A stretch of 64,000 nt of DNA from NCBI GenBank assembly GCA_035193785.1, contig CP136572.1, forward strand, positions 4,404,578 through 4,468,577. The letters are read 5' to 3'. The DNA comes from Planktothrix sp. GU0601_MAG3. Lineage in GTDB: Bacteria; Cyanobacteriota; Cyanobacteriia; Cyanobacteriales; Microcoleaceae. Below are positions 59,782 through 64,000 of this stretch, piece after piece (positions within the stretch are counted from its first letter, which is position 1; the number at the start of each line of letters is the position of its first letter). The notes under the pieces are model-generated. The model saw only the letters and a program-made list of their open reading frames with translations, ran no database searches and was not told where the DNA came from. Position numbers and translations under genes: made by a program.

Positions 59782-60075
59782 TTAAGCCACTTCGTCAGCC
59801 ACCCCTGAAACCAACTCTTTGAAGGCTTTACCCGCCGAGAACACCGGAACAGTGGTCGCCGGAATGGTCATGGGTGCACCTGTACTTGGGTTACGACCCT
59901 CACGGGCTTTACGTTCTCTGGCCTCAAAGGAACCAAAACCTACCAAAGTCACCTTTTCCCCATCCGCCACCGCTTCCATGATGGACTCACAAATGGCTGA
60001 AACAATCAAATCCGCTTGTTTTTTCGTAACGCCAGCTTTAATGGCTGTGGCTTGAACCAGTTGTTCTTTATTCAT
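59782..60075 (-). CDS. hup: HU DNA-binding protein
   Basis: MNKEQLV, VTLVGFGSF, REGRNPSTG, PVFSAGKAFK. Confidence 0.95.
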   Translation of the reverse strand: MNKEQLVQATAIKAGVTKKQADLIVSAICESIMEAVADGEKVTLVGFGSFEARERKAREGRNPSTGAPMTIPATTVPVFSAGKAFKELVSGVADEVA

Positions 60076-60117
60076 CTGATATGAACCTCATAAATTATGT
60101 AAGCAAGTCTGCAAATA

Positions 60118-60436
60118 GTGAACTACTCACTGCTAACCTGGAGTACCAGGTAGAGCGGGAGCTTCTGTACTCACAGGCGAGCGCCTCAAGACAGACTGGC
60201 GTCCCCCTTTTGGTCTTACCTCCCCTCCTACAGCAGAAACGGCTGAAACCATCCGTCTTTAACATTCTGATGCCTTCCGCCCTAATATTGATAGCTGCGT
60301 TTCCATCTCGGTCGTGATTATTACCACAATGGGGACAAGTCCATTCACGAACATCCAAAGGCATCTCACTCACTTGATAGAAACAATTAGAACAGAGCTT
60401 GGAACTGGGAAACCATCTATCAATCTCAACTACCTT
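60118..60436 (-). mobile_element. tnpB: IS200/IS605 tnpB 3' fragment with right end
   Basis: KVVEIDRWFPSSKLCSNC...REWTCPHCGNNHDRDGNAAINI; ends in hairpin plus GTAGTTCAC at 60118; the N-terminal part is absent. Confidence 0.85.
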
Positions 60437-60656
60437 AACCCGGAGTAAAGTCGGTGTTTTTGGGTTCTCCGTCGGTAAAGCCCGACCCGATAAAACACCA
60501 ATTTACCGCTTTTGTAGAGATTAGCATTGATTTGAGGGAGTTTTGACACTCTTACAAATAGAATTTGGGAGATTCAAAGCCTAACTGGAAGGATGGGGCT
60601 TGATAGCCTATTTTTGGGTGACAATAGAATAGACCCTAGACTTGAAAAGATCAAAT

Positions 60657-61199
60657 ATGACGGCTGAAGAACTTTTGATGGCTTATGCCTCTGGAAAGCG
60701 GGATTTTCGGGACAAAGACCTATTTCGGGCTGATTTTAATAATGCTGACCTGAGTGGGGCTAGTCTATTTCGATGTCACCTGTTTCGGGCTAACTTATTT
60801 CGAGCTAACTTGATTGGGGTGAATTTATACAATGCCGATCTCGTTGGTGCTAACCTATATTGTGCCAATTTAAGTGGAGCTAACCTGAGTGGGGCTAACC
60901 TAACCCGGGCAGATTTGACCGGGGCTGACCTGAGCGGAGCGGACTTGAGTGGGGCGGACTTGAGTGGAGCCACTTTATCCTTGGCAAATTTGAGTTATGC
61001 TGATCTGAGTCGGGCTACGTTATTAAAAGCGGATTTCGTGGAAGCGAATTTGAATCATGGGAATCTCAAAGGAGCTAATTTGAAGGGTGCTAATTTCACG
61101 GATTCAACGGTTCAAAACGCTAATTTTACGGGTGCAATTAATATAAGTTCAGATTTACTTAGTTACCTCCAACAGCAAGGAGCAATTTTATCTACCTGA
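60657..61199 (+). CDS. Pentapeptide repeat protein
   Basis: YASGKRDF start, A(D/N)LxG repeats. Confidence 0.92.
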   Translation: MTAEELLMAYASGKRDFRDKDLFRADFNNADLSGASLFRCHLFRANLFRANLIGVNLYNADLVGANLYCANLSGANLSGANLTRADLTGADLSGADLSGADLSGATLSLANLSYADLSRATLLKADFVEANLNHGNLKGANLKGANFTDSTVQNANFTGAINISSDLLSYLQQQGAILST

Positions 61200-61292
61200 C
61201 CCGCTGCTATACCTTTGAAAGTGCGGAATTTGCCTCCGCACCCAGCCTTCCTAAGTGGTGAATCTGCAAATATCTCTCTACACCTGTCCTAA

Positions 61293-62310
61293 TTGTTGGG
61301 TGTAGCTTTTGAATCCCCCAATGCTCTATATCCAGTGATTTTGACCTTGGAACCAACCCCCCATTTAGTCTTACATACCGAAGGTGGTAATCGCTATTTA
61401 CCACTGATGGGTAAAAATTACTGGACATTTGGTCGCAGTGAGGACAATACTTTTGTTGTCAAAGACCGATGGATGTCTCGTAACCATGCCATGTTACAAC
61501 GCATGGAAAATGGAGAGTTTTTTTTGATTGATTTAGGGAGTCGAAATGGTTTCCTTTATCAATGGTCGGCGGGTGACAATTCCAGTTACCCTTCATAATG
61601 GAGACCATATTGTTTTTGGACAAATGGAATTAGAATTCTATTGTCCTGATGTTACCCAAGAAACTGACCCTTCTGAACCTGAATCGGAAGATTTTACCGC
61701 TACATTAACTGTCCGTCGTTTGATATCGGTAATGGTGATGGATATTCGGGATTTTACCGTATTAACTAGACAATTAGATGAACGGGTTTTATCGGAAGTA
61801 ATTGGTCGTTGGTTTCGTCACGCCGGACAAATTATTCGAGAAAATGGCAGTTGGGTAGATAAATATATTGGGGATGCAATTATGGCGGTTTGGTTTCATG
61901 GCACTCAAGGAGTGACTCCCCAAGAAATATTAAAAATTGCTAAAGCATTAAGTCAATTACATAAAATTACCCTAGAACTAAGTAATCATTATCCCTTGCC
62001 TTTCCCGTTGCGAGTCGGTGCTGGAATTAATACCGGATATGCTATGGTCGGAAATACCGGAAGCGGTGGTAGTGCCGATTATACAGCCTTGGGAGATACG
62101 GTAAATGCGGCGTTTCGTTTGGAATCTTCGACTAAAGAAATTGGTATGGATATTGCCCTAGGAGAAACTACCTATAAATATCTAGCCCAGGCTTGTCCTG
62201 GACAAAATTTTCAACAATATACTGTTAATCTTAAAGGTTATGATACTCCCACCATTACCTATGGGGGAACTTTTGCCGATTTAGATGAATTTTTGGAACC
62301 TAAATCATAA
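61293..62310 (+). CDS. FHA-domain class III adenylate cyclase (CyaD/Cya1-like) (+1 base at 61549-61553)
   Basis: FGR, SRNHA, DLGSRNGS FHA; DIRDFT, DKYIGDAIMA, GDTVNAAFRLES; start uncertain. Confidence 0.9.
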
Positions 62311-62404
62311 GGGTGAATCTGACTATATTTTAATTTGTCTTTCTTCTTATTCCTAATCTTTTAAAGTGTATAATATTAAATTAGAATATTTTACCTGATT
62401 AATT

Positions 62405-62929
62405 ATGAAACTTGTCACCGACATCAAAATTCCCTTCCCTCGTTCCCTGGTTTTTAGTACCTACAGAGACAAACTAATGGATGTAGTTAACTCGTTACCC
62501 AATAAAAATGATGTTAAATTAGTCTCTCGTCGAGTGGAAGCCAATACGGTTTATACTGTTTATGATTGGCAATCAGAGGAAGATATTCCCGCACTGATTG
62601 AAAATATATTAAAACAAAATAAACTTCGTTGGACAGAATACGACACTTGGAATGATCAAGACTTTACCTTGGATTGGAAAATTCAAACCCAAATTTTTAC
62701 GGAAGCATTCCAATGTTCAGGGAAAAATACCTTTTTAGAGGATAAAAATAATACCCTAATTCAAACCCGGGGCGAAATTCAACTAGACCCGAATAAAATA
62801 GATGGAGTTCCCGATTTTCTCAAGACTCAATTAGCTAGTTTGTTTGAGCAAATCCTAGGAAGTAAACTCGAACCCAATTTAATTGATATGGGGAAAGGTG
62901 TACAAAAATATTTGGAAAAACACAGATAA
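62405..62929 (+). CDS. Hypothetical protein, possible START/SRPBCC-like fold
   Basis: 174-aa ORF; PFPRSLVFSTYRD, WTEYDTW. Confidence 0.65.
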   Translation: MKLVTDIKIPFPRSLVFSTYRDKLMDVVNSLPNKNDVKLVSRRVEANTVYTVYDWQSEEDIPALIENILKQNKLRWTEYDTWNDQDFTLDWKIQTQIFTEAFQCSGKNTFLEDKNNTLIQTRGEIQLDPNKIDGVPDFLKTQLASLFEQILGSKLEPNLIDMGKGVQKYLEKHR

Positions 62930-64000
62930 TCTACAACAACGATCACGGATTAAATGGATTACGCGGATTACACGGATTGAAATCTGTGCAATTCTATTAA
63001 ATCTGTGATTGGTATTGTGGGGATTTAACCCAATTGACTGTTGGGAATCTTGACGGTTTCCCTTGATAAACTCGACATTCGCGTTCTGGGAAGTAAACTC
63101 GAACCCAATTTAATTGATATGGGGAAAGGAGTACAAAAATATTTGGAAAAACACAGATAATCTACAACAACGATCACGGATTAAATGGATTACGCGGATT
63201 ACACGGATTGAAATCTGTGCAATTCTATTAAATCTGTGATTGGTATTGTGGTGATTTAACCCAATTGACTGTTGGGAATCTTGACGGTTTCCCTTGATAA
63301 ACTCGACATTCGCGTTCTGGGAAGTAAACTCGAACCCAATTTAATTGATATGGGGAAAGGAGTACAAAAATATTTGGAAAAACACAGATAATCTACAACA
63401 ACGATCACGGATTAAATGGATTACGCGGATTACACGGATTGAAATCTGTGCAATTCTATTAAATCTGTGATTGGTATTGTGGGGATTTAACCCAATTGAC
63501 TGTTGGGAATCTTGACGGTTTCCCTTGATAAACTCGACATTCGCGTTCTGGGAAGTAAACTCGAACCCAATTTAATTGATATGGGGAAAGGAGTACAAAA
63601 ATATTTGGAAAAACACAGATAATCTACAACAACGATCACGGATTAAATGGATTACGCGGATTACACGGATTGAAATCTGTGCAATTCTATTAAATCTGTG
63701 ATTGGTATTGTGGTGATTTAACCCAATTGACTGTTGGGAATCTTGACGGTTTCCCTTGATAAACTCGACATTCGCGTTCTGGGAAGTAAACTCGAACCCA
63801 ATTTAATTGATATGGGGAAAGGAGTACAAAAATATTTGGAAAAACACAGATAATCTACAACAACGATCACGGATTAAATGGATTACGCGGATTACACGGA
63901 TTGAAATCTGTGCAATTCTATTAAATCTGTGATTGGTATTGTGGGGATTTAACCCAATTGACTGTTGGGAATCTTGACGGTTTCCCTTGATAAACTCGAC
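62858..64000. repeat. Tandem array of 231-bp units (at least 5, runs off window)
   Basis: Units begin at 62858, 63089, 63320, 63551, 63782 and are near-identical. Confidence 0.97.

Noticed and set aside
62858..64000. CRISPR array
   Set aside because: Units are 231 bp and near-identical, with no unique spacers and no cas genes

Overview
Chromosomal segment of a cyanobacterium. HIP1 GCGATCGC sites, heptamer STRR-like repeats and the gene set point to a filamentous, Oscillatoriales/Planktothrix-like organism (inference). 1-12.3 kb: S10/spc ribosomal-protein cluster (rplC to rpmJ, minus strand). 13-17 kb: ndhN, ldpA and a Ycf45-like AAA/R3H gene. 17.4-25.5 kb: chemosensory cluster (CheR-TPR, tandem CheW, two MCPs, CheA-REC). 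25.6-46.3 kb: housekeeping genes (rsmG, thrC/ThiS, murC/murB, accA, folE, pgm, rdgB, amino-acid ABC). 46.5-49.3 kb: GC-richer glycoside hydrolase between 48-bp direct repeats. 49.5-59.6 kb: accessory surface locus with a duplicated [HTH-REC-PAS regulator + TCCGACTTT-repeat promoter + small secreted Gly/Ala/Asn protein] module, a deleted DUF4347 adhesin, a cadherin/RTX protein and a putative outer-membrane protein. The window ends with hup, a TnpB remnant, a pentapeptide gene, an FHA-adenylate cyclase and a 231-bp tandem array. Two main leads. (1) All 24 frameshifts I could place are GAAC>GAAAC or GTTC>GTTTC insertions, which suggests a sequencing footprint of a DNA modification at the known phosphorothioate motif. 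(2) The 49.5-59.6 kb locus may be an undescribed regulated extracellular fibre/matrix system. Protein names come from recognising sequence motifs, not from database searches.
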